A DNA stretch of 56,194 bases from assembly GCA_947630495.1 (NCBI GenBank), contig CANRHS010000002.1, forward strand, positions 1 through 56,194. The letters are read 5' to 3'. Each line of letters begins with the position of its first letter. The stretch's first letter is position 1. A model generated the notes under the pieces. The model was given only the letters and a program-made list of their open reading frames with translations, was not told the origin of the DNA and did no database searches. Shown here one piece after another: positions 38,228 through 48,431 of the stretch. The translations under genes and the position numbers were made by a program. This DNA is from an uncultured Bacilli bacterium (GTDB taxonomy: Bacteria; Bacillota_I; Bacilli_A; RF39; UBA660).

Positions 38228-38905
38228 ATGAAAAAATTTATATGTCTCACTCTAATAGTTTTACTTCTTGGAGGTTGTAGTATTGAAAGAGTAGAAGTAA
38301 ATAGTTTTGAAAGTATTATCAATACTATTTTATATAAAGATACTAAGTTAGCAAATGCCTCATTTGATGGTTATAAATTTTATTTACCTAGAGGAACTAC
38401 AGTAACTGAGAAAAAACAAACTAATCTTGAGATTAAAGATGCAAAAAATTATTATTATTTATATGTAGATGCAATTTCTTATTATTATAAAACAAAAGGA
38501 AGCCATAAAGTTGATAACAATATCTTTTATTCTAAAGATTTAAGTAATGGTTCGAATTTTGGTTATATAGATATTTCTAAAGTAAATGATAAATATTTTA
38601 TTGAAGTAATGTATAACTATGCGAAAATTGAGGCTTATGTAACGGAGGATACTTTGTATGATGCTTTCTTGAATGTTTGTTATATTTTATCAACGATTGA
38701 TTTTAATGAAAGTGTTATTAATTATCGATTAAGTAATAAAGAACTTGAGACAACAACTGAGGAATTTAATATATTTAAGTCAAAGAAAGATGATGATAAC
38801 TTCTTACAATATATTGAGGAATTTGATAAATATAATAGTGATACAGAAGATGTTAATACGGGACAAGATCAGGATAGTTTAGAAACTGATAAAACAAATG
38901 AATAA
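38228..38905 (+). CDS. lipoprotein
   Basis: Lipobox LLGGC. Confidence 0.7.
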   Translation: MKKFICLTLIVLLLGGCSIERVEVNSFESIINTILYKDTKLANASFDGYKFYLPRGTTVTEKKQTNLEIKDAKNYYYLYVDAISYYYKTKGSHKVDNNIFYSKDLSNGSNFGYIDISKVNDKYFIEVMYNYAKIEAYVTEDTLYDAFLNVCYILSTIDFNESVINYRLSNKELETTTEEFNIFKSKKDDDNFLQYIEEFDKYNSDTEDVNTGQDQDSLETDKTNE

Positions 38906-38919
38906 GGAAGGTGATTAAA

Positions 38920-39891
38920 ATGGGATTTGTAGATAAATTAAAAAATATTTTCTTTGAAGAAGAAGAGGAAGAAGAAGAGATTGAAGACACAAGACCTTTA
39001 AAGAAGATGCGTGAAAAAGAGAAAGTGAAATCTAAAGATATAGATAAAGCCTTTGACGAAGAGATTGAGACGCCTAAGGAAATAATTGCTAAGAAAGTTG
39101 AACTTCCTAAAAGGAGAAGAGAAGTAGTCGAAGAAGAACCTAACAACAAAATTTCAGAGATTAACTTTGAAATTCCTTCAAGACAAACTAAAGAATCTCC
39201 TAAAGAGTATGTAGAGATACCAAGAGAAACTCCAAAGGAGTCTCCTAAAGAGCAATCTAAAATTAATAGCATGATCTTTGATGATGAGGATTTTCTATTA
39301 AGTGATATAAAGCCTAAGGAAGAGTCGAAGCCTGAAAAGAATTATCGGGTAAATAAGACTTATCCTGAAAAGGAAGTTAGAGAAAGGGAAACGCCAACTT
39401 ATGAATATAAACGTCAAGAAGAGAAGCCTAAAGGATTTACTCCATCTCCAATTATTTCTCCAATTTATGGAATTTTAGATAAGAACTATAAAAAAGAGGA
39501 AGTTAAGGAAAATAAAGAAATTAGAATTACAAGTAGGGTAAGCAAAGTTGATTTAGATTCAGTTCGAAATAAAGCCTTTGGAGATTTAGAAAATGACTTA
39601 TTTCCGGGAAGTTTGGATGATGACGATGTAAGGCCAGAGATACCAAGTCAAGATATTAAAAAAATCAAAGAAGATATGGAAGATGATGGTAAGCCGGTTG
39701 TTGATAAAGTGACTTTAGGTGAGGCTGATGAATACTACAGTGATTTAGGACTTGCTTATAACACAGACTATAAAGATATTTCGAAAGAAATAAATGATGG
39801 TAAAGTAAAGACTAGAAGAAAAGATGAAGGGGAGAAACTAGAAGATAATTTATTTGACTTAATCGAAGATAGATATGATAAGGAGGATTAA
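38920..39891 (+). CDS. highly charged low-complexity protein with an N-terminal amphipathic helix
   Basis: MGFVDKLKNIFFEEEEEEEE, then K/E/P-rich repeats (ETPKE, ESPKE). Confidence 0.6.
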   Translation: MGFVDKLKNIFFEEEEEEEEIEDTRPLKKMREKEKVKSKDIDKAFDEEIETPKEIIAKKVELPKRRREVVEEEPNNKISEINFEIPSRQTKESPKEYVEIPRETPKESPKEQSKINSMIFDDEDFLLSDIKPKEESKPEKNYRVNKTYPEKEVRERETPTYEYKRQEEKPKGFTPSPIISPIYGILDKNYKKEEVKENKEIRITSRVSKVDLDSVRNKAFGDLENDLFPGSLDDDDVRPEIPSQDIKKIKEDMEDDGKPVVDKVTLGEADEYYSDLGLAYNTDYKDISKEINDGKVKTRRKDEGEKLEDNLFDLIEDRYDKED

Positions 39892-39894
39892 TAA

Positions 39895-40176
39895 ATGGAA
39901 TTTTTATTACTTTTACTAGCGGTTTTTGGAATAATTTTGCTAATTACTTTAATAATATTATGTGTAAGGTTAAACTTTACACTTTCAAGAGTTAATTTAT
40001 TACTCGATGATGTAAATGAAAAAATGGAAGTTGTTGACCAAGTATTCGCGGTTATTTCTAAAGTTACAAATTCAATAAACTCTATGAATGACAGAATAGT
40101 TGGGATGATAACTTCGGTAGTTACTAGTCTAGTTACAAAATTTAAAAGAAAGAAAGAAGAAGAGGAGGAATTTTAA
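39895..40176 (+). CDS. DUF948-like membrane protein
   Basis: Single N-terminal TM followed by a helical region. Confidence 0.6.
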   Translation: MEFLLLLLAVFGIILLITLIILCVRLNFTLSRVNLLLDDVNEKMEVVDQVFAVISKVTNSINSMNDRIVGMITSVVTSLVTKFKRKKEEEEEF

Positions 40177-40611
40177 ATGGGAAAGAAAAGTTTTGGTAAT
40201 TTAGCATTAGGAGTTGCAATTGGAGCAAGTTTGGGAATCTTATTTGCACCTAAAAAAGGAAGTGAAACAAGGAGGGCTTTAAAGGATAAGATGTTAGATT
40301 TAACATCAAAGGCTAAAGAATTAAGTATTTCTGATGTTTCTGATATGGTTCAAGATAAGATTACGGAAATCAGACACGATTTAAATGACTTAGATAAGGA
40401 GAAAGTTCTAAAGGTTGCAAGAGAAAAGTCTGATGCAATTAAGAAAAAATGTGAAGATTTAGTTAAACTTGCAATTGATAAAGGAACTCCAGTTCTAAAA
40501 GATGCAGCTGAAGAAGTTCGGGATAAGACAATTGAAGTCATGAAAGATATGATTGCAAAACTTGAAAACGCCGGTCCTGGACCAAAGCCTGAACCTAAAA
40601 AAGCAAAATAG
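40177..40611 (+). CDS. YtxH domain protein
   Basis: GVAIGASLGILFAPKKGSETRRAL signature. Confidence 0.8.
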   Translation: MGKKSFGNLALGVAIGASLGILFAPKKGSETRRALKDKMLDLTSKAKELSISDVSDMVQDKITEIRHDLNDLDKEKVLKVAREKSDAIKKKCEDLVKLAIDKGTPVLKDAAEEVRDKTIEVMKDMIAKLENAGPGPKPEPKKAK

Positions 40612-40718
40612 TTGGCTATATGCCAATTTTTTTCTTTACACAAAAATGTCTAGTCTCTTCCAATTTCTTAAAACTTGGTATATAATTGAATTATAGTAAA
40701 GTAGAGGGTAAGGATAAT

Positions 40719-41330
40719 ATGGATGAGGAGAATAGTTTAATTACTTTAATGAGTGAAATATTTGATATCATTAAAACAGATTATTTAAAATATTTATCTA
40801 AAGAAAAAAGAGACTTTTTAGAAAGTCTTAACTATAAAGACCTTTTTACAATTAAAAATGACATTATCTATTATAAAAAAGATGGTTTATCTTATCCCTT
40901 AAAAAAAGAAGATTTAACAATTGAAGTCTTAATATTTATGTGTCTTTCCGTTTTATGTGGAAATCTTACCCCTTTTAAAATATGCTTAATTGCATCTGAA
41001 ATAAAGACCTTAATTGAAAAAAATAACTTAGAAGGAAATAGAAACTTAGACTTTAAATTAATTGAAGTAGTAAAAGAAAAAATTTTAAATGATTTACCTT
41101 ATAATATAATCTTTTTAGATACTGATATTGATATATTTAATTATTTAGCAACTGAAAAAGGAATTAGAACAGCCAAGATTTATTATTTATTAAAACATGA
41201 TTTTAATATTCATTTTCTAAAAGATGACTTTAATCCCTTAGAATATTTCTTAAACTATCAAGATTTAGAATATGAATCAAGTTATGATATAGTCTATAAC
41301 TTTATTGAAAATTTGGTAATTTATAAATAA
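40719..41330 (+). CDS. hypothetical protein
   Basis: ORF with ATG 40719 after gagggtaagga. Confidence 0.5.
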   Translation: MDEENSLITLMSEIFDIIKTDYLKYLSKEKRDFLESLNYKDLFTIKNDIIYYKKDGLSYPLKKEDLTIEVLIFMCLSVLCGNLTPFKICLIASEIKTLIEKNNLEGNRNLDFKLIEVVKEKILNDLPYNIIFLDTDIDIFNYLATEKGIRTAKIYYLLKHDFNIHFLKDDFNPLEYFLNYQDLEYESSYDIVYNFIENLVIYK

Positions 41331-41356
41331 AATAAAACTTAAACTCATAGTATTAA

Positions 41357-41845
41357 TTGGTGATACTATTGAAAATAAATGAAAATACAAAAAAGTTGAT
41401 AATTGCTTTAATTATTCCTTTAGGAGTTGGGTTCTTATCATTCTTATTGACAAGGAATGGAATAGCAAATTACTCTGAAAATCTAATTAAGCCATCATTT
41501 GCTCCACCTAGTTTTCTTTTTGGAATCGTTTGGACAATTCTTTATGTCTTAATGGGAATATCAAGTTACATAATAAGTCAAGATATGTCAAGTCATAGAG
41601 ACACTTGCTTATTAATCTATGGACTTAATTTAGTTTTAAACTTCTTATGGCCAATTATCTTCTTTAACTTTGAAGCGAGACTCTTTGCTTTTATCTTTAT
41701 TATCTTTTTAGATTTAGTTGTAATTTACATGATAATATGTTTTCATGGAATATCGAAAAAAGCAGCATACTTACAAATACCATATCTTATATGGCTAATA
41801 TTTGCAACGATTTTAAACTTTAGTGTTTATTTTTTAAATCGATAA
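41357..41845 (+). CDS. TspO/MBR family tryptophan-rich sensory protein
   Basis: Five TM helices. PPSFLFGIVWTILYVLMG and WPIIFF motifs. The start codon is uncertain (TTG or GTG). Confidence 0.85.
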   Translation: MVILLKINENTKKLIIALIIPLGVGFLSFLLTRNGIANYSENLIKPSFAPPSFLFGIVWTILYVLMGISSYIISQDMSSHRDTCLLIYGLNLVLNFLWPIIFFNFEARLFAFIFIIFLDLVVIYMIICFHGISKKAAYLQIPYLIWLIFATILNFSVYFLNR

Positions 41846-41872
41846 TTGTATAATATTAGGTAGGTGGGGCCT

Positions 41873-43063
41873 ATGAATATAATTTTTCATATTGATGTTA
41901 ATAACGCATTCCTCTCTTGGAGTGCTGTTTATCTTTTAAAAAATGGATACGTTGAGGATATCAGGAATATTCCAAGTGTAATAGCAGGAGACGAAACTAA
42001 GAGACATGGAATTGTTTTAGCTAAAAGTGAAGTTGCTAAAAAGTATGGAATTAAAACCGCGGAGACTTTACATAATGCCAGGACTAAATGCAAAGACTTA
42101 CAAATATTTCCACCTAATTTTAAATTTTATAAAGAAATGTCTGATAAATTATATAATTACTATTTAACTTTTACTCCTGATGTTGAAAGATTTTCAATCG
42201 ATGAATGTTTTCTTGATTTATCAAATACTACTCTTTTATATGATGATGTCTTAGAACTTGCTTATAAAATGAAAAATGAAATAAAAGAAAACTTTGGTTT
42301 TACTGTTAATATTGGAATTGGTAATAATAAACTATGTGCTAAGATGGCTGGGGATTTTTCCAAACCTGATAAAGTTCATACTTTATTTTCTAATGAAATT
42401 AAGACCAAACTTTGGCCTTTGCCAATTGAAGACTTGTTATTTATTGGTAAAAGTAGCAGTCAAGAATTAAGAAAGTTAAATATAGAAACAATTGGAGATC
42501 TTGCTAAGGCTAATCCTGATTTACTTTATAAGCACTTTAAAAATCGTAGTACTTTTATGATTGAATATGCTAGTGGAATAGATGATTCTAAAGTAATTAG
42601 TAAAAATGGTAAGAATAAATGTATTAGTTTTTCCGAAACTTTAGAGTTTGATACGAAAGATAAAGAATTCTTGAAACAAAAACTCATGGTTATGTGTGAA
42701 AAAATTGGACTTAAATTAAGACGTGATAAACTTTATGCCAGAACCATTGCTATAACCATAAAAACTAATTATTTTAAAGATTATTCGCATCAAAAAAAGT
42801 TGGTAAATGAAACAAATAATACGATGGAACTATATAAAAATGTTCTTGATATCTTAGATATAACCTTATCTGATAACTTAATTAGAAATATAGGAGTGAG
42901 AGTTTCAGATTTAGTTAAGACTAAGAATAGTCAAATCTCTTTATTTGATAAAATCTCTTCTCAAGAAGATGATAAAATTCAAGAAGTATTAGATGATATT
43001 AATGTAAAATACAATGATTTAAAGATAATGCCTGCTGTATTTTATCAAAAAGATAAAAAATAG
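41873..43063 (+). CDS. dinB: DNA polymerase IV (Y-family)
   Basis: FHIDVNNAFLS, SIDECFLDL, and little-finger region. Confidence 0.92.
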   Translation: MNIIFHIDVNNAFLSWSAVYLLKNGYVEDIRNIPSVIAGDETKRHGIVLAKSEVAKKYGIKTAETLHNARTKCKDLQIFPPNFKFYKEMSDKLYNYYLTFTPDVERFSIDECFLDLSNTTLLYDDVLELAYKMKNEIKENFGFTVNIGIGNNKLCAKMAGDFSKPDKVHTLFSNEIKTKLWPLPIEDLLFIGKSSSQELRKLNIETIGDLAKANPDLLYKHFKNRSTFMIEYASGIDDSKVISKNGKNKCISFSETLEFDTKDKEFLKQKLMVMCEKIGLKLRRDKLYARTIAITIKTNYFKDYSHQKKLVNETNNTMELYKNVLDILDITLSDNLIRNIGVRVSDLVKTKNSQISLFDKISSQEDDKIQEVLDDINVKYNDLKIMPAVFYQKDKK

Positions 43064-43100
43064 ATTTGATTTTTAGTATCAAATTAGAATTATTTTGATA

Positions 43101-43127
43101 AAAGGTGAAGAAACTTCACCTTTTTAT
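43101..43127 (+). terminator. intrinsic terminator after dinB
   Basis: aaaggtgaag-aaa-cttcaccttt 10-bp stem plus a T-run. Confidence 0.8.
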
Positions 43128-43298
43128 ATGCCTTAAACCCTTGTAAAATAAGGAAAGTAAAAAGTTCATAAAAACGCGTCAAATTGAAAAATTTCCGTAT
43201 ATATTATATATGAAGGGGATAAATAGATATTTTATATTATTTAGACCCTTAAATGAATAAAGGATTTTTAAAAAAAATATACAAGGAGGTAAAAAATT

Positions 43299-44347
43299 AT
43301 GGTAGAATTAAAAGAAAAAACTACTAAAAAGAAATTTAATAAATTTCCGCTTATGAAAGATACTAGCTTTAAGGCATTATTTGCAAATGAGAAAGAATTA
43401 GTACCTTTAACATTATTTCTATCAATTATTTTGGATATTGACTATGATAAACTTTTAGGTAATATTGAACTTGATAAAACTAAATATTCTAAAAGTGAAC
43501 CAGACAAAAAAGCGGATGAAAGAGATGTTGTTGTAATAGTTAACTATCCTAAACCATTTAAAGTAATGATTGAAATTAATTTTTTAACCCTTGGTTTAAT
43601 AAGAAAAAACATTATTTACATAAAGATATAACAATGACCATTAAAATTACTAGAGATATCTTTTATAAAGATGGAACAAATTATTATGGCTTAAATAAGG
43701 GCGAAGATTATAATGATTTATTACCTATAATACTAATAGAATTATCACCATTTTTCATTAATCCTAATGAAGATAGGATTGTTGAAGAATTTGACCTTCG
43801 CGACAGATATGGCTTTAAATTATTTGGTAATATTAAAGATACCAATGTTAATAAAAATTTTAGTTTAAGAAACATTAATGTTGCATGGGTATCTAATATG
43901 TGGTATAATGGTAATATAAATGAAGAAGAGTTATCGGATTATGAAAAGAAAATAATGCCAATGATAGCATTACTTACTGCATCTAATATGAAAGATGTTG
44001 ATAAATGTCTAAAACATATTAACACTTCTTCAAAAATTAAAAAAATTATAAGAAAGGGAATTAAAAATATGGATGAGAATAATTATAAGTTTGGAATACC
44101 TTATGATCCAGTTGAAGATTGGAGAAAAATTTTTCGAGGAGCTTTGAAGATTCGCCAAGAGGAATTAAGAGAGGAATTCGAAGAGAAATTAGAAGAGAAA
44201 TTAGAAGATTCTAAACAAGAAAAGTTAGATATGATTGATAGTTTGTACAATCAAGGAATTTCATTAAATGTAATTGCTAAAGCTAGTAATCTAAGTGTTG
44301 CAGAAGTAGAAAAGATTGTTAATCAATCTAAATCTAAAAAACATTAA
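43299..44347 (+). pseudogene. Rpn/YhgA-like PD-(D/E)xK recombination-promoting nuclease, split by a frameshift
   Basis: The N-fragment (MKDTSFKALFANEKE...DERDVVVIV...MIEIN) stops at 43631. The C-fragment (RDIFYKDG...GEDYNDLLPIILIEL...) resumes at 43634 in another frame. Confidence 0.55.
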
Positions 44348-44374
44348 ATAAGATAATTTCAAATATTAGAAAGT

Positions 44375-44407
44375 AAGAACGTTAAATAAAATGTTCTTCT
44401 TTTTTTG
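44375..44407 (+). terminator. intrinsic terminator
   Basis: aagaac...gttctt hairpin followed by cttttttt. Confidence 0.5.
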
Positions 44408-44476
44408 TAAATATATGTCAATTATATTTATTTTTAATCTATTTTAAGATATTATATGAATATGGAGGTTCGGGTT

Positions 44477-46906
44477 ATGTATGCATTAATATTAAGAAGA
44501 TTAAAATTAAATAATGAAAATTATTATCAAATGATTGATAAAGTTGAGGCTGAGGAAATAAGTAAACAAGTTATAAGAGTTACTAAGGGTTATCATAATT
44601 TTGAAGGGCAAGATATTGTATCTATTGATGATTCCGAAAGAGAAGTAGTTTACGCAGAAATAGATGATACATTTAATCAAATAATTGATGGGGAAGGAAC
44701 AGCTTTTTTTAAGCATGATTCAGATGGTGAGGTTATTCCAATTGAAGATATTGTTGAAAGAAATAATATTATTCTTGCTTTTTATAATAAGTATAAAGAT
44801 TTTCACTTAATACCAGATTATGATTTAGATGAAGAAATAACCAAATTAGAAGCCAATATGAAGAAAAGTGTCTTAGGTCAAGATGAAGTTATAAAAAAGA
44901 TGATTTCAAAGATTTATAACAATCAAATGTATTTTAAGTCAGACTTAGATTACAATATTGTATGTCGGAATAAAAGTAACATTTTAGTAGTTGGAACAAT
45001 TGGTTCAGGAAAAACAACAATTAAGGATGCAATGCTAGAAACTGATATGGCCTTACCAATTGTTGAAGTAGAGTTATCAGAAAACTATTTAGAAGTTGCT
45101 GGTACAATCGTTAATGCTTTAATAAGTGCTGCCAATGGTAATATGTATTTAGCTCAAAGAGGAATTGTTATCTTTGATGGAATAAATTATGGAACTTCAA
45201 AATTCTCAAAAGATGAAGATGGGGAATTAGAAGATAACTTAACTTTAAAAGCCCTTGAAAAAATAGTAAAATCTAAAAAAATTTATTTTCCAACTAAAGA
45301 TGGTGATAGTGTCTTTGCTTTTGACTTTTCTTTAATAACCTTTGTTGCTATGGTTGATACTTATTATGAAGAAACCGGAGAAGTAGAAGAACCTTATTAT
45401 GAAAAAATGCCAATTGAAGCCTATAATGATTTAGGTTTAACAGATACTCTTTTAATTGAAGGCTTTTCAAATGAAATAATCTATATGAATGAGATGACTA
45501 AAGAACTAGCTTTAAAAATTTTAAATGATAAAAATCTATCTCCATTATATCAATACAAAAAGTTAATGGAGGAAAATGGTAAAGTAGTTAAAGTTAGTAA
45601 AAATTTTGTTGATAAATTAATAGAATATGGACTTAACACTGATGAAGGCTTTGAAGGAATTAAAAGATTTTTTAGATATGCTGTTGAATGTAAAGATAGA
45701 AGTTCAAACCCAATTATTTTTAAAGTAAGTGATCTTAGTAACCTAAGGATTGGTTCTGCAGGCTTTGGAGAATATAGTGAGACGGCTGGTATTTTTCCTT
45801 TGAATGATACTCAAACTAAAAAAACTCTTAAAGATGATATATTAGATGTTAATGTTAAAAAGCGAACCATAAATGGGCTTCATGTTAGAGATGTTGTAAA
45901 AATAATTACCAAAGAATACAAAGGACAAGATGAACACGCATTTAGAATTGTAAATGCTTTCTATAATCATGTATTAAATCGTTATAAAGGCTTCAGTGAA
46001 GATGAATATAAGAAATTAAAACAAAATGTTTTCTTGATTGCTTCAACTGGTGTAGGTAAAACGGGAATATTTGAGTCCTTAGCTAAAATCTTTAACTTAC
46101 CATATAAAAGAGATTCGATAAATTCTTATACTGCCAGCGGTTATGTTGGAAGAAGTGTCGATGATTTAATAACTGGTTTAATTGCATCGGCTCATGATGA
46201 TGTGAGTAAAGCTCAATTTGGTATTTTATGCTTAGATGAATTTGATAAATTAGCAAGAGATAATGAAGAAAGAGGAGCAGGCTTTGGTAAAAAAGTTCAA
46301 GAAGAATTGCTAACTCTAATTGAAGGTGATGAACGAGATATTCAAGAAGATATATATGGTAATACCTTTAAATTTAATACAGAATATCTATTCATTGTCT
46401 TAACTGGTGCTTGTCAGGATATAGATAAAATTATTAAAGATAGAATAAAATCATCAAGAAGTCTAGGATTTTCAAGTGAAACAGAAACTAAAATCTCAAG
46501 AGAAGTAACAAGTGAAGACTTATTAAAATATGGCTTTGAACAACAATTACTAGCAAGAGTACCAAATATTATAAGACTAAATGATTTATCTAAAGATGTC
46601 TTATTAGAAATAATTAAAAGTGAAATGGGATATATCAGTTTAATAAGAAAATCTTATCAAATGTCCGGAGTTAGAATTAATTTAACTGAAAACTTCATGA
46701 ACAACTTAGCAATAGCGTCTTTCAATGCTAAGATAGGGGCTCGTGGAATTAGACAAATATTCGAGGATAGAATTATTCCTCATATAGATGAAAGAGTAGT
46801 CGATGGTAATATTTTAGAAATTACTATAGGTGACAATGCCTTATTAGACCCAAATGATATAACTTATATTGAAAGAAGAGTTAAAAAGAAAGTAAAACGT
46901 CGTTAA
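44477..46906 (+). CDS. two-module AAA+ protein; C-terminal module ClpX-like, N-terminal module degenerate
   Basis: Module 2 has ASTGVGKTG (Walker A), SGYVGRS (pore-1 GYVG), LCLDEFDKLAR (Walker B), SLGFSS (IGF-loop-like) and GARGIR (sensor 2). Module 1 has GTIGSGKTT but VIFDGIN, which lacks the acidic pair. ATG 44477 follows GGAGG. Confidence 0.75.
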   Translation: MYALILRRLKLNNENYYQMIDKVEAEEISKQVIRVTKGYHNFEGQDIVSIDDSEREVVYAEIDDTFNQIIDGEGTAFFKHDSDGEVIPIEDIVERNNIILAFYNKYKDFHLIPDYDLDEEITKLEANMKKSVLGQDEVIKKMISKIYNNQMYFKSDLDYNIVCRNKSNILVVGTIGSGKTTIKDAMLETDMALPIVEVELSENYLEVAGTIVNALISAANGNMYLAQRGIVIFDGINYGTSKFSKDEDGELEDNLTLKALEKIVKSKKIYFPTKDGDSVFAFDFSLITFVAMVDTYYEETGEVEEPYYEKMPIEAYNDLGLTDTLLIEGFSNEIIYMNEMTKELALKILNDKNLSPLYQYKKLMEENGKVVKVSKNFVDKLIEYGLNTDEGFEGIKRFFRYAVECKDRSSNPIIFKVSDLSNLRIGSAGFGEYSETAGIFPLNDTQTKKTLKDDILDVNVKKRTINGLHVRDVVKIITKEYKGQDEHAFRIVNAFYNHVLNRYKGFSEDEYKKLKQNVFLIASTGVGKTGIFESLAKIFNLPYKRDSINSYTASGYVGRSVDDLITGLIASAHDDVSKAQFGILCLDEFDKLARDNEERGAGFGKKVQEELLTLIEGDERDIQEDIYGNTFKFNTEYLFIVLTGACQDIDKIIKDRIKSSRSLGFSSETETKISREVTSEDLLKYGFEQQLLARVPNIIRLNDLSKDVLLEIIKSEMGYISLIRKSYQMSGVRINLTENFMNNLAIASFNAKIGARGIRQIFEDRIIPHIDERVVDGNILEITIGDNALLDPNDITYIERRVKKKVKRR

Positions 46907-46988
46907 AAAAATAAAAAATAGGTTAGAAAATCTATTTTTTTTTGCAAAAGTATGATAAAATAAATTTGTTAGAATAAAGGGTGATATA

Positions 46989-48425
46989 ATGAATAAAAAA
47001 ACTGTATTATTTTTAATAAACGGATTTGGAGTTGAAAAGAAAGAATCTTACTCTATATATGATGCTAGTATTATGCCTACATTTGATGAATTAACGAAGA
47101 GTCATATGTTTTCGACAATTGATTCTCATGTAAGTAATTATTTTGATGCTTATCGAAATATTAGTCTTGATGTAAATGAATTATATAATTATTCTATTAT
47201 TGATAAAGATGTAATTAATAAAACTTTACCTAATAATCAAGTTTTACAAAAAGTAAAGACCGATTTAGATGCGAGAAAAAGTACTCTTCATATGTTCTGT
47301 TTAGTTGATACAAGTATGAAAATAGTTGAACATTTAAAAGAAACTTTAAAATATTTAAATTTTAATCAAGATAAAAAAATATTTTTACATTGTGTAATTT
47401 CCAGTCCTAATATTGAAGATTATAAAGGTTTAGCAGAAGTACTTAGTAAGATTAACATTGAGCTTGCTAACTATGCAACAATAGGCTTTGTCATGGGATT
47501 AGCAGCTATTGATAATACGGCAAAGGCAGTTGATTTAAATTTCTTCTTTAAGATGTTTATCTCGAAAGTAGGAGAGAAATGGCAATCATTTACGCAAAAG
47601 TTTGATGTTTTATATGCTACTCGTGCTCTTCCTAGAAATACAAAACCATTTATTGTTAATTCAAACTTTGACTTAGGAAAAGATGATATGTTCTTCTTCT
47701 TTAACTATGATAATATTAATTTAACTAATTTTATTGATTCCTTATCAGGAATTGCTTTTGGAACAGAAGTTAATAACTTTGCCTATTATTCTTTATTCTC
47801 TGTAACTAGTAACAAAGAAATACCATATATGTATAATCTAGAATCATCAAAATATTCTCTTGTATCTAATCTTGAAAGTATTGGAGCAACGGGAATCGTT
47901 TTGTGCCATAGTGACCAAATATCAATTATTAACTATTTTGCCAATGGTCTTAAAAATGAGGCTACTGAAACCTTAAAATTTGTTGATTTAGCCCCTTATG
48001 AGAATGATCCAAATAGTATTGTTTCAATTATTAATCAATTTAATAATGATTTAATTATAATAAATTATGATATAGATAACGTTGCAACAGTAGAAGAATT
48101 AAAAGCCAAATTAACGATGGTTGATAATGTCTTAAAAGCCGTTTATGATAATATAAATGGAAGTAAGTACACTTTAATAATTTCATCTTTATATGGAATG
48201 AATAAAGTTTTAAAGACAGAGAGAGGAACTAATGTTAATGTAATCTTCGCAGGACGAGTCCCATTTATCTATATAGATGATTTTATAACCGGTAAAAACT
48301 ATTTAATTGAACCTGGTACTATCAATGACATACCTAAGTCAGTTTATAAAAATATAAAAAGAGATAGTAACTTTGATTCAATTGTTGAAAAGAAAAATGG
48401 TTTATATAAACTATTCTTTAAGTAG
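46989..48425 (+). CDS. cofactor-independent phosphoglycerate mutase (iPGM)-like protein with catalytic motifs replaced
   Basis: Collinear with GpmI by eye (LFLINGFGV vs ILDGFG, LHMFCLVDTS vs LHLFGLLSDGGVHSH, IFLHCVISSPN vs YIHGFLDGRD, IINYDIDNVAT vs LNFANPDMVGH, IISSLYG vs ITADHGN). Confidence 0.55.
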   Translation: MNKKTVLFLINGFGVEKKESYSIYDASIMPTFDELTKSHMFSTIDSHVSNYFDAYRNISLDVNELYNYSIIDKDVINKTLPNNQVLQKVKTDLDARKSTLHMFCLVDTSMKIVEHLKETLKYLNFNQDKKIFLHCVISSPNIEDYKGLAEVLSKINIELANYATIGFVMGLAAIDNTAKAVDLNFFFKMFISKVGEKWQSFTQKFDVLYATRALPRNTKPFIVNSNFDLGKDDMFFFFNYDNINLTNFIDSLSGIAFGTEVNNFAYYSLFSVTSNKEIPYMYNLESSKYSLVSNLESIGATGIVLCHSDQISIINYFANGLKNEATETLKFVDLAPYENDPNSIVSIINQFNNDLIIINYDIDNVATVEELKAKLTMVDNVLKAVYDNINGSKYTLIISSLYGMNKVLKTERGTNVNVIFAGRVPFIYIDDFITGKNYLIEPGTINDIPKSVYKNIKRDSNFDSIVEKKNGLYKLFFK

Positions 48426-48431
48426 GTAGAT

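Noticed and set aside
38853-39272. 139-aa minus-strand ORF rich in S/L
   Set aside because: It is the mirror image of the E/K/P low-complexity coding sequence on the plus strand, which has a clear RBS and start.
38920-39891. SepF-like cell-division protein
   Set aside because: Only the N-terminal amphipathic helix (MGFVDKLKNIFF) resembles SepF. The conserved C-terminal FtsZ-binding domain is absent.
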